A program made the position numbers and the translations under genes. A stretch of DNA of 64,000 nucleotides, taken from a phage. Location of the stretch: sequence record PX441839.1; one strand, written 5' to 3'. The stretch's first letter is position 1. The number at the start of each line of letters is the position of its first letter. This document shows positions 42,249-52,494 of the stretch, one piece after another. The notes below the pieces were generated by a model, which worked only from the letters and a program-made list of their open reading frames with translations, did no database searches and had not been told where the DNA came from.

Positions 42249-44726
42249 ATGGCTTCGAGCAACCAGATCGTAACTAAAACGGTCAACAGGACTACGTTTG
42301 AAGTTGATAAGGCTTCATATAATAGTACGATCAAGAAAATACGCAGCGTCAAGAAGGAATGGGAAAAGGCAGGTGAGCCTATCTCAAAACCTAAGAATGA
42401 CCCTGCAAAGCAGTACAGTAGATCTGCCGAACAGATCAAACTTGTGAATAAGCGTCTCATGGAGACCCGCAAGAGAGAAGAAGAACGTGCAGTTGCTCAT
42501 AGCCTTGCCCTCGCTAAGAAAGAGGCTCGTGCCAAAGAGCAGATTCAGAAGCAGTCTGCGGCTCGTATCCGTCAAACTATGAATCAGATGACTGCAAAGA
42601 ACCCGCAAGCCGCTGAAATGAGGAAGTTTTATCAGCAGCAGGAGAGGGAGGCCAAGAAAGCCAGTCGTCGTATGCAGAATACCTCTCCAACTCCACTTGG
42701 ACCAATGAATATTCAGCGTATGAACTCTGTTCAGCTTCCTCCTAGGGGTGGTGCTGGAACAGGTATGATTGGGAATCCTAACAAGCCATATTCTCCAGAG
42801 ACGATAGCCAGGCAGAACGCAGAAATGGCAAGAGCTATTCGTCAGCAATCCAAACAAAAAGATAAAGCTACAGCAGAGCAGACAAGAAAGGCAAGGATCG
42901 AAGCAAACAGGCAAGCACGTATTCAGGACGTGATGGCACAGCAAAGGATCAGACTGTCTAGCAAGTACGGAAGCACATACAACTCAACACTTGGAAGGGA
43001 TAGCGCTGGAAGAGGTATCCAAGACCTTAACAGACAGTTTAAATCCGGCGCTCTGTCGGCTGGACAGTATAGACAAAGCATACAAGCACTTGAACGCCAG
43101 TTTAGGGCATCTCAAGGTGCAGCAATGTCTTTCGGTAGTGTCTTGGAGAACGTCAGAACAGGACTTGTTAGTGTTGGTGCCGCATATGGGGTATTCAACT
43201 CTGGTGCCGCTGTTCTTCAACAAGGTCAGTTCTTCCAGGGGCTTGAGGCATCCATGCTTATGGTGTCTAACTCCTCAGAAGAGGCTGCGGGAAGAATACA
43301 GTTTGTCCGTGATGAGTCCTACAGATTAGGTCTTTCTCTTAAAGAAGCTTCTCAGGGATATACCCAGATGGCTATCGCGGGTAAAGAACTGATGAGCGGA
43401 GATCAGTTGAACAGTTTGTTCTCTGCGTACTCTGAATACTCAACAGCCTTGCAAGTTGACCCTGTAAGATTCCAGCGCGGTATCATGGCTATCCAGCAGA
43501 TGATGGGTAAAGGCCAGGTAATGGCGGAAGAATTGAAGGGGCAGTTGTCAGAAGCAATACCTGGTTCACTGGACATCTTTGTTAAGGCGGCACAGGAGGC
43601 ATTTAACGATACCTCTATAGATACTGCCAAATTCATGAAGATGATGGAAAAAGGTGAAATCACGGCTAAAAAGCTTATGCCTCTGATCGGCAAGTATTTC
43701 AGCGAAGCAGCTAACCGTGGTGGTGCTCTGGAGAAAGCCTTGCAGGGGAACCGTGTTGCTATGCAGCGTATGCAGCAGTCATGGGTTAACATGCAGAACG
43801 CTATCTTCATGGGTGGATTCGGCGATGCAATGACTAAGATATTCAACGACCTCTCTCGTCTCATGGAAACAAACATGGACACTGCAAAGAGTTTCGGTGA
43901 AATACTCGGTCAATTAATCACTGGTGCCTGGGATGCCGCAACCGCAGTATACAACGCATTCGTGTTCATGGGCAGGGCAATTGAATACTTTGCGGAGAAG
44001 CTGGGTTACGAGGGCGACATACTCTCTGAAATGTTCGACTGGGCAGCGTATGTTGCAGGTGTCGGTCTGTTTATCATGGCCCTTAAGAAGGTGTACGGGA
44101 TTGTCTCATCAATCGCGGGACTGAGAGGAGCATTAGGCGGAGTCCGAGACGCATTGGGCGGAGACTTGGCGTCGGGAGGCAGAGCAGGAGGTCCAAATAC
44201 CGGAGGAAGAGGAGGAAGTCCTTGGGGAAGACCTTCTGGAGGCAGCGGAGGAGGCTGGCTTGGTAAGATCGGGGGAGGTCTAAAAGGACTTGGTGGATTT
44301 GCTCTGAGAAGAAACCCATATGTTACCGCAGCGATGATCGTCGGTGGTGAACAGCTTCTCAGTGAGGAGGGCCAGGCCAGAGGAAAGGCAATAGCTGATG
44401 CTATGGCACCGTCAAGGGATCTTCAAAACCCACTTGCGGCTGCAACTGGCGGTGACATGTCAACTCTTATGGCCCTAGCGTGGAACAGCTTGTCAGGTGG
44501 AGGATCTAAACCATCTCCTAACATAGACCCAGACAGGTTAGCGCAGAACGCTGTAGTTCAGACTAACCCGTTCCCATACCCACTCCCGCTTGCGGCACAG
44601 CAACAGCAAGAAGGTAAGATTACGGTTGAAATCAAGGCTGGTGATCTTAAGCAGTATATTCGTGCGGTTGTTGATGAGAATAACATGATGAACTTTAACT
44701 TGTTAACTCAAGGTGGTCAAGGATAA
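42249..44726 (+). CDS. tail tape measure protein
   Basis: about 825 aa, Ala/Gln/Arg-rich N-terminal helical region, Gly-rich C-terminal stretch, position after chaperone; ORF track start 42237 is a TTG. Confidence 0.65.
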   Translation: MASSNQIVTKTVNRTTFEVDKASYNSTIKKIRSVKKEWEKAGEPISKPKNDPAKQYSRSAEQIKLVNKRLMETRKREEERAVAHSLALAKKEARAKEQIQKQSAARIRQTMNQMTAKNPQAAEMRKFYQQQEREAKKASRRMQNTSPTPLGPMNIQRMNSVQLPPRGGAGTGMIGNPNKPYSPETIARQNAEMARAIRQQSKQKDKATAEQTRKARIEANRQARIQDVMAQQRIRLSSKYGSTYNSTLGRDSAGRGIQDLNRQFKSGALSAGQYRQSIQALERQFRASQGAAMSFGSVLENVRTGLVSVGAAYGVFNSGAAVLQQGQFFQGLEASMLMVSNSSEEAAGRIQFVRDESYRLGLSLKEASQGYTQMAIAGKELMSGDQLNSLFSAYSEYSTALQVDPVRFQRGIMAIQQMMGKGQVMAEELKGQLSEAIPGSLDIFVKAAQEAFNDTSIDTAKFMKMMEKGEITAKKLMPLIGKYFSEAANRGGALEKALQGNRVAMQRMQQSWVNMQNAIFMGGFGDAMTKIFNDLSRLMETNMDTAKSFGEILGQLITGAWDAATAVYNAFVFMGRAIEYFAEKLGYEGDILSEMFDWAAYVAGVGLFIMALKKVYGIVSSIAGLRGALGGVRDALGGDLASGGRAGGPNTGGRGGSPWGRPSGGSGGGWLGKIGGGLKGLGGFALRRNPYVTAAMIVGGEQLLSEEGQARGKAIADAMAPSRDLQNPLAAATGGDMSTLMALAWNSLSGGGSKPSPNIDPDRLAQNAVVQTNPFPYPLPLAAQQQQEGKITVEIKAGDLKQYIRAVVDENNMMNFNLLTQGGQG

Positions 44727-44729
44727 CAA

Positions 44730-44752
44730 GGGGGCTTCGGCCCCCTTTTTTA
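44730..44752 (+). terminator. rho-independent terminator
   Basis: GGGGGC-TTCG-GCCCCC then TTTTTT. Confidence 0.7.
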
Positions 44753-44764
44753 TTGGTCGGCTTC

Positions 44765-44775
44765 ATGGTAAAATA
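44765..44775 (+). promoter_or_regulatory. extended -10 promoter element (ATGGTAAAATA)
   Basis: motif family, about 20 nt upstream of gene start. Confidence 0.4.
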
Positions 44776-44793
44776 CCACAATAGGAGGGTATT

Positions 44794-45675
44794 ATGCAAC
44801 CAGGAACTTACAAGATGGGGACTTATTCTCCAGAGCAGATTGCTGCTATTGACAAGGCTTACAAAGAGGGTCAGGCAGAGGAAGCAAGAAAGAAGCAAGC
44901 TGTTGACGTACAGAAATCCAAAGAGGGTGTCAGGTACACAATATTTGCATCGGGATTAAGGAATGGACGGTTCAGTGAGCTAGAGGGGAAGAACTCTACC
45001 ACAGATATCGCAATTATTTTCGACGCTGTTGAAAACCACACCTACGGAAAGTCTTACAATAAGACAAGTTATGCAGTAGAATCCAGAGTAAAGGCTTCTG
45101 ATCATGTGGTAACTCAGGATGGGACTTTCTCTTTTACGGGAAGGATAACTTCCAGCCCATATTTCATTGATAACCGTAATATAATTGATGTGGATACGGA
45201 TTGGGAACACCCAATGGAGGCCAAGAGGCCAGAAAAGGCCCTTGAAATACTTCAAAGGGTTGCCGACTCTCATCAACTTATTTCCTTGGTCACTGAGGAT
45301 AATATTTTATCTGGCTATGTGATAACAAGGTTCACAGTAACAAGAACAACAAGCGAAGGTGCAGCCATTGTTGTCAGTGTGGAACTTGAAGAGTTTAGAT
45401 TTAAGCAGGTTGGGAGAACTGTTCTTGCCAGAACCGCAGATCCTAAGAAGGCAGGAAATAAAAACTCAGGATCTAAACAGACAGCCGCAGGTGGTGCTGC
45501 TGACGATGCAGCAAAAGGAAAAAGGCAATCACCTTACTTAGGTGGTTCAAGGGAAGCCTATGAGTACATGGAGAATAAGGGATTTGGCACAACAGACTTC
45601 TCGGGCAAAGCTGGGGCACAAATAAAACCAACCGTTAAGTTTGACCCAGCTTCCCTTCAAAGACCGGGGGCATAA
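44794..45675 (+). CDS. tail/baseplate protein (293 aa)
   Basis: first gene after tape measure; position corresponds to Mu gpN-type slot. Confidence 0.4.
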   Translation: MQPGTYKMGTYSPEQIAAIDKAYKEGQAEEARKKQAVDVQKSKEGVRYTIFASGLRNGRFSELEGKNSTTDIAIIFDAVENHTYGKSYNKTSYAVESRVKASDHVVTQDGTFSFTGRITSSPYFIDNRNIIDVDTDWEHPMEAKRPEKALEILQRVADSHQLISLVTEDNILSGYVITRFTVTRTTSEGAAIVVSVELEEFRFKQVGRTVLARTADPKKAGNKNSGSKQTAAGGAADDAAKGKRQSPYLGGSREAYEYMENKGFGTTDFSGKAGAQIKPTVKFDPASLQRPGA

Positions 45676-46031
45676 TGGCAGATTTTACTCGCACATACGA
45701 TTTCGAACTTGATGGCTACCCTGATCAGAGTTTCAGGGTTGTTTTAGACTCCGCAACCTACGAAGTTAGATTTATCTGGAACGAGAGGGACGAGTCTTGG
45801 CTTTTTGCGATGGGTGACGTTGGGGCTGCGCCAACATTCACCTGTAAGTTAACCTGTTTTGTTGATCTGCTTGCACCATACAGGTACAAGGATAACGTCC
45901 CTAGGGGAAACCTTTACCTATTCCCTTCCCGAGATGTTAGGGAAAGAGCAGGGAGATATAATATTGGTCCTATTTCTGGCGTAGAGATGGCATATGCTTC
46001 AAGAAATGAGGATATTGAGGAGATTGAATAA
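45675..46031 (+). CDS. hypothetical tail/baseplate protein (118 aa)
   Basis: ORF track; ATGA overlap. Confidence 0.4.
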   Translation: MADFTRTYDFELDGYPDQSFRVVLDSATYEVRFIWNERDESWLFAMGDVGAAPTFTCKLTCFVDLLAPYRYKDNVPRGNLYLFPSRDVRERAGRYNIGPISGVEMAYASRNEDIEEIE

Positions 46032-47000
46032 ATGAGAGCGATGGAGAGGACATATACACTGGTTGTTGGTAGGCCAGTATATATCGGAGAGAAGCCTGTC
46101 AACATTGAAAAATATGTCAATACAAATACAGGCGATGCCTATAAGATTACAGACCTCCATATTGAATTTGAGGTTAAGAAGGACAACTCCAAGGAACCAA
46201 ACAAGGGGTATATTACTGTTTACAACTTGTCAGATGAGATGGTAAACTACCTAGATCAGAACCAAAGGGAATCCCTTGCAGTGATGCTCCATGCAGGATA
46301 CAATGGAGATGAGAAGTTAATATTCTCAGGGACTGTTGAGTATGTTCAGGACAGATTTGATGATGAGACAAGAGAGACCAAAATGATACTTGGTGACGCA
46401 ACCCTTAATCTCATGACGGCTCAAACTGCAAGGTCTTACCGTAAAGGGACTAACCTGAATGTTGTTCTTAATGACCTTATTTCTGATCTTAAGTTGCCGA
46501 AGGGGAGGGTTGTAAATTTCTCCGGTCAAACACTTCAACACTCTATGGCATTCTCTGGCACCGCATCACAAAACCTAGAAAATCTGGCGAGAAACACAGG
46601 ATCTACCTTCTCTGTACAAGATGGGGCGGTATACTGGACAAGAGAGGGTTCCAGATTTGAAAGCACGATGTTTGAGATATCCGAAGATGGCGGGATGGTT
46701 GGATCGCCAACACCAAAAAACCCCAAAACGGGCAAAAGAAGATTGGCACAAAGATCTGGAAAAGAGACCGTTGCCGATGCAAGTGAGAAGAAAAAGGCAG
46801 AGGTTAAGGAAGATGCTGGCCTATCTGTGACCACGCTCCTAAACGGAGCTATTCTCCCTGAGTCAACAATATACCTCAAGAGTAGAAGGTACACAGGGTT
46901 TTATAAGGTGGTGTCTTTGAGACATAGGGGTGGTTTTGAGTCAGGAGATTGGATCACTGAAATGGATCTTTCAGAAACCCGTGGGGAATTAATTAAGTAA
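46032..47000 (+). CDS. baseplate hub protein candidate (gpD/gpP-like position)
   Basis: 322 aa immediately upstream of central spike. Confidence 0.4.
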   Translation: MRAMERTYTLVVGRPVYIGEKPVNIEKYVNTNTGDAYKITDLHIEFEVKKDNSKEPNKGYITVYNLSDEMVNYLDQNQRESLAVMLHAGYNGDEKLIFSGTVEYVQDRFDDETRETKMILGDATLNLMTAQTARSYRKGTNLNVVLNDLISDLKLPKGRVVNFSGQTLQHSMAFSGTASQNLENLARNTGSTFSVQDGAVYWTREGSRFESTMFEISEDGGMVGSPTPKNPKTGKRRLAQRSGKETVADASEKKKAEVKEDAGLSVTTLLNGAILPESTIYLKSRRYTGFYKVVSLRHRGGFESGDWITEMDLSETRGELIK

Positions 47001-47009
47001 GGTTACTTT

Positions 47010-47657
47010 ATGGCTTCCGTAGATCGTTATGATGCTGCATATAATGTGTTTATCAGCAGGTATGTTAGAAACAACCTTCATACAAACATACGTGGAAAGG
47101 TTGTTGGGGTAGATTACAGTGGACCATCAGTAGATGTTCAACCAATGACCTATACCCAATTCCCATCAGGGACAAAAGATTCCTATCCTGTTATTTATGA
47201 TGTCCCCATTCTCCTTCCTTCTGGGGCAAATGGAAAGGCCAGGTTGACAATGCCTATCAAAGTTGGGGATATAGTTGGCCTGTCGTTTTCAGAGAGAAAC
47301 GAGAGCGATGTCATGGATATGAACACCCACCAGCTATTCCCAGGTTGGGCAGTGACTCAAATATTCACAGACGGGAACAGGAAACCAATAGACCCTGATA
47401 ACGTTGTCCTTGAGAACGATAAGTCGATTATGACCTATAAGCCAGATGGGACTATGACATTCAAAAACCCTTCTGTCAACATCGAGGCAAAACCAAACGG
47501 CCAGGTCTTTGTGAATGGCTGTGAGATAACCCCTGACGGAAACGTGATAACCAGGGCTGGTGTGAACCTTAATGAATTTTGGCAGAAATATGTATCTCAC
47601 GTCCACCCAGGTGTCCAATCAGGCGGGTCTTCAACTCAGCCAACAACACAAGTTTAA
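47010..47657 (+). CDS. baseplate central spike protein (gpV-like)
   Basis: 215 aa with C-terminal HVHPG (HxH) motif as in P2 gpV-type spike tips. Confidence 0.5.
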   Translation: MASVDRYDAAYNVFISRYVRNNLHTNIRGKVVGVDYSGPSVDVQPMTYTQFPSGTKDSYPVIYDVPILLPSGANGKARLTMPIKVGDIVGLSFSERNESDVMDMNTHQLFPGWAVTQIFTDGNRKPIDPDNVVLENDKSIMTYKPDGTMTFKNPSVNIEAKPNGQVFVNGCEITPDGNVITRAGVNLNEFWQKYVSHVHPGVQSGGSSTQPTTQV

Positions 47658-47666
47658 GGAGATTAT

Positions 47667-48191
47667 GTGGCTACAAATTTCGTCGATTTTGCTCTGGACC
47701 CTTTGACAGGGGATCTTGATTTCTCAGGACAGGCTATCAACCTAATTGAGTCCAATCAGTTGTCCCTGAGGCAGAGGCTGTACCTCAGGTTTGCGGTATG
47801 GGCAGGAGATTGGTGGTTTGATGAAACTTTCGGATTTCCATATAGAGCCTTTATTTCGAAAAAGACCATCAAATCAGTTCTTGACGGCAGAATAAAATCT
47901 GAGGTGAGAATGGAACCTGATGTCATGGAGATATCTGAGTTCCGGTCTGAGATGGACGTTGTCAACAGGACATATCAATGTTTCTTCACTGTCGTTACCC
48001 AAGAAGGTATTGAGGTGAATATGGCCTTTATGGGCCAAGACAACTTCGAATACCCAACACCTCCAGAAAGTAACGTATCTCTGTGTGGTGATGAGGGAGT
48101 TGTAATCCAGTTCAAGAATAAACTGTACTACTTAATAAACTTCCGTTTACCATCCTATGGTGATGCCACTTGGGTAAATACTTGGAAATAA
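47667..48191 (+). CDS. baseplate wedge protein (gp25/gpW-like, putative)
   Basis: GTG start after AAGGAG; LRQRLYLRFAVWAGDWWFDETFGFPY resembles gp25-like core. Confidence 0.4.
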   Translation: MATNFVDFALDPLTGDLDFSGQAINLIESNQLSLRQRLYLRFAVWAGDWWFDETFGFPYRAFISKKTIKSVLDGRIKSEVRMEPDVMEISEFRSEMDVVNRTYQCFFTVVTQEGIEVNMAFMGQDNFEYPTPPESNVSLCGDEGVVIQFKNKLYYLINFRLPSYGDATWVNTWK

Positions 48192-48198
48192 TAATAAA

Positions 48199-48224
48199 GG
48201 GAGCTTCGGCTCCCTTTTCTTTTA
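48199..48224 (+). terminator. rho-independent terminator
   Basis: GGGAGC-TTCG-GCTCCC then TTTTCTTTT. Confidence 0.6.
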
Positions 48225-48285
48225 ATTCGTATCTGAATATGATAAAATACGACTATCGCCTAATTTAGGAGCACAGGAGGAGACT

Positions 48286-49773
48286 ATGGCTTCCAATTAC
48301 GGCTTGACAAGCAGCGGATTCAACCTCCCGGCTCTTGATGACCTGACGGAGGAAACCAAGAAGGCTTTCCGCCAGGCTTTCGGAGAAAACTTCAATACCG
48401 GAAGTAACTCAGTTGCTGACAAGCTGATCTACATTCTCAACGAGAGAGAATATCAACTTTATCTTTTAATGGCCTCTGTTTATTCTGCTCAAACAATGCA
48501 GGGTGCCGAGGGAATCTATCTTGACGATTTGCTGGGTAAAAGAGGTATTTACCGCTTAGGCAAAACAAGAAGTACCGGGACAGCAGTTCTTACTGTTGAC
48601 GCTTCCGTTCCCTACAATATGATCTATAACGCTTCCAGTTACAGCATTGACGGTGGAAACTACGAACTGGCAACTGATGTTCAAGTAGCAGGGAACATCA
48701 TAGCACAGGTGATCAGAGGAACTGATCTGGTTGTTGGTAATTATAGATTAACAATTCAAAACGTCAATGATCAATCTCAAAGGACAGTGACCCACAACCT
48801 CACCGCAACGAGCGGTGCCCCTCTGACAGTTTTCTTTAACGTCATAAAAGATTTCATTGTCACAAACACCATTTTGTCCAACCAAGACCGAATTGTCATT
48901 GATTCGGTAGAGGGTGCCATCTACATTGGATACAACACCAGCAAGGAGATGATTGGACTTTCAAGCCGTGTTGATTTCAGAACATCACCGCTGGCAGGGA
49001 ATAAGACAATCCTTATTGATGTAAGATCGGTAGAGCCAGGTGCAATATCACGAGAGGCACACAGTATTAGGTCGATCTCTCCAACCCCTAGTGGTTTTGT
49101 TGCTATAGATAACCTGAGTGCATTTACCGATGGTTCAGACGTAGAGTCAGATAACGAGTACAAGCTTCGTGGGGCCATGTCCGTTAACTCAGGGAAGGCA
49201 ACCCGACCTGCTATCCTCTCTGCCCTTTTGAACGGAGTGGAAGGGATAGAGAAGGTTCGCATATTCAACAACAATACGGATAAGACTAACGCACTAGGTA
49301 TCCCACCTTATCGCTTTCAGGTTGTTGTTTATGGTGGCACAACAGAACAGATCAGTCAAGTCCTTTATGATACGATAGCGGCATCTAATAATACCTTTGG
49401 TACAACTTTCCACGACATCACTACAGAGGATGACCAGGTGGAAAGAATATGGCACACAAAGGCATCAGAAAGAAGGTTAGCTATTCGAGTACGCTACAGA
49501 GGACGACCGTTGTCTATGACTGAGGAGACAGCCATTGCAAACGGGTTGGTCACGATAGTTAACGGATCTAATATCGCAGACACGATCTACAACGTTCAGT
49601 TGGTAGGTACAGTAATGAGTTCCACAACACCGGGTAGATTCACCCAAGTGTTTGTAGATATTAAGAATAAAGGGGCACCTGATTCGGAATTTGTAAACTC
49701 TGACATAACAGCAGGTGTTACCGAGGTATTCAACCTTGAACCGGAAGATGTCCAGTTCAGCCAAGTTGTGTAA
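48286..49773 (+). CDS. baseplate J-like protein
   Basis: GAEGIYLDDLLGKRGIYRLGKTRSTGTAVLT matches Baseplate_J pattern G..Ld.l....G..R..a..A.g.v.f; 495 aa. Confidence 0.55.
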   Translation: MASNYGLTSSGFNLPALDDLTEETKKAFRQAFGENFNTGSNSVADKLIYILNEREYQLYLLMASVYSAQTMQGAEGIYLDDLLGKRGIYRLGKTRSTGTAVLTVDASVPYNMIYNASSYSIDGGNYELATDVQVAGNIIAQVIRGTDLVVGNYRLTIQNVNDQSQRTVTHNLTATSGAPLTVFFNVIKDFIVTNTILSNQDRIVIDSVEGAIYIGYNTSKEMIGLSSRVDFRTSPLAGNKTILIDVRSVEPGAISREAHSIRSISPTPSGFVAIDNLSAFTDGSDVESDNEYKLRGAMSVNSGKATRPAILSALLNGVEGIEKVRIFNNNTDKTNALGIPPYRFQVVVYGGTTEQISQVLYDTIAASNNTFGTTFHDITTEDDQVERIWHTKASERRLAIRVRYRGRPLSMTEETAIANGLVTIVNGSNIADTIYNVQLVGTVMSSTTPGRFTQVFVDIKNKGAPDSEFVNSDITAGVTEVFNLEPEDVQFSQVV

Positions 49774-49781
49774 GGTGAATT

Positions 49782-50432
49782 ATGGCAGAAGAAGTAGATA
49801 ACGTCACGGTGAAAGACGTTAACCACATCCACCCTCTGCCCAATTTCGTCCAAGAGGGTATAGATTACATACCCTCTAATCTTTTCGAAGGAAAAGAAAA
49901 CTTCCTTAAAACATTGACCATCTTTCTTGAAAGGCTGGAGAGCATAGATAAGAAGATGGTTGAGATGGCAGAAATGAGGACGATCCTCAATGCCGAAGGG
50001 GAGAACCTGGATGAGATAGGCAGACAACTGGGGATCTTTAGAAACGGCCTCAACGACCCTGAGTACAGGGCAGTTATCATGATTCTTACAGGTAACAACT
50101 CTAAGAGTGGGACCAGAGCCGATATTATTGCAACTTTGAAGCAACTATTCGGTGATGAGGGCGTTACAACATACAAGGGTCATAATTACAGGCTGGATAT
50201 AAATATATTCAACACCTGTATGGAAGTCACTGACATACTTCCGCAAATATTGGATATGTTGCCCCTTGTCACCCACCTCCGAGTTGTAGAAAACAACGGA
50301 TATCCTTTTGGGTTTGAGGGCGACAACCAATCTTTTGGTTGGTCGTCAGTTTGGGATGAAAGGCCAACAGGCGCGGGTGGAATGGCATCACTGATCTATG
50401 TGTCCGATGATGAAGACCCTTTCTTTTCTTGA
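49782..50432 (+). CDS. baseplate protein (gpI / Mu gp48-like position)
   Basis: 216 aa directly after J-like gene. Confidence 0.4.
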   Translation: MAEEVDNVTVKDVNHIHPLPNFVQEGIDYIPSNLFEGKENFLKTLTIFLERLESIDKKMVEMAEMRTILNAEGENLDEIGRQLGIFRNGLNDPEYRAVIMILTGNNSKSGTRADIIATLKQLFGDEGVTTYKGHNYRLDINIFNTCMEVTDILPQILDMLPLVTHLRVVENNGYPFGFEGDNQSFGWSSVWDERPTGAGGMASLIYVSDDEDPFFS

Positions 50433-50445
50433 GGAGATTTTATAA

Positions 50446-51936
50446 ATGGCTAAACCACGCAGCCAGCTTGTCGTTTGGGCAAGACAAGATGTTGCTTTGC
50501 CAAACACTGGCAGGATCAACAAAGTAAAACCTATTGATGACCTGTTGAATAAGGGTTATGATAAAGGTCAGAAGCCAGCGGCAGAAGAATTCAACTACAT
50601 CTTGAACATGTGTACCGATTGGGTACGATACATGCACGATGAGAAATTTCCAGAGTTTGAGAGGCAGATAGAAGAGAAGCTTGAAGCCTTCAAAGACGAG
50701 ATGGAAAAGGAGATGGACAAGGTCCGTGGGGAAATGGACCAATTGGAAGCCTCTGTTAATAATAAACTGGCGGCTTTTGAATCTTACCTTGTTCCAGTAG
50801 GGGCGGTTATTGCTTGGCCCTCTACAACAATACCGAAGGGTTGGTTAGAGTGTAACGGACAAGGTTTCAATATTGGTCAGAACCCCCGTCTGTATGCGGC
50901 ACTCGGAAGAGGTAACGTACCGGATTACCGTGGATTGTTCTTGCGAGGATGGGCACACGGTTCTGGTGAATATGATCCTGATGCAGGAAGGACTCTTGGC
51001 TCCATTCAGGGTGATGCCATTAGGAACATCACAGGTCGATTCGCTGCTGACCACGGTGAAACATGGATCATTGGTGCCTACAACGAGGGGGCCTTTTATG
51101 ATGCAGGTGTTGCTGGGTCTGGTGACAAGGGCGGGAAGGCAAACGAAACCCGTCAGATCCGATTTGATGCCAGTCGTGTTGTACCAACTGCGCCGGAAAA
51201 CCGACCTAAGAACATCGCAGTAATGTACATCATAAAGGCAGATGCTGCAACGGCAACTGGTGGTAATGTCCCAACAGGACTGGAAGTGACACCTGAAACA
51301 TTTGAGGGCCTTGTAGGTTCTACTTTCAGAGCCTCTGCTCAAGTTCTTCCAACGAACATGGCTCCTCAGTATCCTGTATCGTGGACCAGTCAAAACCCAG
51401 CAGTGGCAACTGTGGACGCCCAAGGTAATGTAAGAATTGTTGGTCAGGGGACAACAAGCATTATCGCATCAATATCTTCTGGGATGAACTCTAGGATCTC
51501 CATTGTGGGTCACAAACCTCTTACTGGCCTCTCTATCGCCCAGTTTGAAAATTTAGAGGTCGGTGGGAGCATAAGGACGACTGTAGCAAGAATACCATCT
51601 GATTCAACAGAACCCTTAATCTTCTCCACTGGCAACACAGGGATCGCCAACGTAACTCAAGATGGGGATGTTGTTGGGGTTGCAGAGGGAACAACTACCA
51701 TTTCTGCAAGGGGTCGGTTCACAGGGATAACTGCCAGAGCAAGCATAACCGTTGTTCCAGAAGAGGTTGTGACAACTGTTGAAGACATTATGCTGGGTAT
51801 TGAACAGCAAGCTCCAAACGCTGCACCAAAAGGATGTGTAATAACATACGTCGATGGTGGTGAAAACATGGAGTATGTCAGATATAAGCCCATCCAGAAG
51901 AAGGTAAATGGGGTGTGGGTAACTATTGAGGGTTAA
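50446..51936 (+). CDS. tail fibre protein with tail-collar domain and Ig-like (Big_2-type) repeats
   Basis: GAVIAWPSTTIPKGWLECNGQGFNIGQNPRLYAALG...PDYRGLFLRGW matches phage tail collar motif; two ...ATVDAQGNVRIVGQGTTSI... style Ig-like repeats. Confidence 0.6.
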   Translation: MAKPRSQLVVWARQDVALPNTGRINKVKPIDDLLNKGYDKGQKPAAEEFNYILNMCTDWVRYMHDEKFPEFERQIEEKLEAFKDEMEKEMDKVRGEMDQLEASVNNKLAAFESYLVPVGAVIAWPSTTIPKGWLECNGQGFNIGQNPRLYAALGRGNVPDYRGLFLRGWAHGSGEYDPDAGRTLGSIQGDAIRNITGRFAADHGETWIIGAYNEGAFYDAGVAGSGDKGGKANETRQIRFDASRVVPTAPENRPKNIAVMYIIKADAATATGGNVPTGLEVTPETFEGLVGSTFRASAQVLPTNMAPQYPVSWTSQNPAVATVDAQGNVRIVGQGTTSIIASISSGMNSRISIVGHKPLTGLSIAQFENLEVGGSIRTTVARIPSDSTEPLIFSTGNTGIANVTQDGDVVGVAEGTTTISARGRFTGITARASITVVPEEVVTTVEDIMLGIEQQAPNAAPKGCVITYVDGGENMEYVRYKPIQKKVNGVWVTIEG

Positions 51937-51938
51937 TT

Positions 51939-52454
51939 ATGAAGATGGAAAACTTTGAAGTTTACTCTCCAGAATTTAAAAGGTTTGGAGAGGGCGTCCA
52001 ATATTTTAGGGATGCAGAAGGAAGAGACTTCTATGAGAGTCGTGATCTTTTCACCAAGAAGTATTGCGTGTTCTACGACGAGCATGGGGTTGTAAGGGGT
52101 ATCTGCAAATCAGTGGAGGTTACGAGGGGGAACCCTAACGGTCTATCTATTGCAGATCTCAACTCCTTGCCCAGAGGGTTTGAGATGTTCAAGGGTATCT
52201 GGAAATTCGACGGAAAGAGGATAATTCCTTGTGATTTTGACCCTGCCATAACAACCAAGATGCGGAAGGATAAGTTATTCAAAGCTCTTGCCTCACGACT
52301 TGCCCCTCTTCAAGATGCTGTTGAATTGGAGGAAGCCACAGAGGAAGAGACCTTGGAATATAAAAGGCTCCGTTCATTAAGGGTTAAGCTTCTCCGAGTC
52401 CCAGATGACGAGTCCCCTAGTAATGTAGCTTGGGAAGATTTCTCGGGTATTTAA
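51939..52454 (+). CDS. tail fibre assembly protein (Tfa-like)
   Basis: follows fibre gene; C-terminal EEATEEETLEYKRLRSLRVKLLRVPDDESPSNVAWEDF resembles Tfa chaperone tails. Confidence 0.5.
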   Translation: MKMENFEVYSPEFKRFGEGVQYFRDAEGRDFYESRDLFTKKYCVFYDEHGVVRGICKSVEVTRGNPNGLSIADLNSLPRGFEMFKGIWKFDGKRIIPCDFDPAITTKMRKDKLFKALASRLAPLQDAVELEEATEEETLEYKRLRSLRVKLLRVPDDESPSNVAWEDFSGI

Positions 52455-52494
52455 TAGCTGCCAGTGCCGACCCTGTCGGCACATAGGAGATAAA

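Noticed and set aside
52464-52482. Hairpin GTGCCGACCCTGTCGGCAC considered as a terminator
   Set aside because: No T-run follows it; it sits immediately upstream of the RBS of 52495..52833 and is more likely a translational or stability element, if anything.
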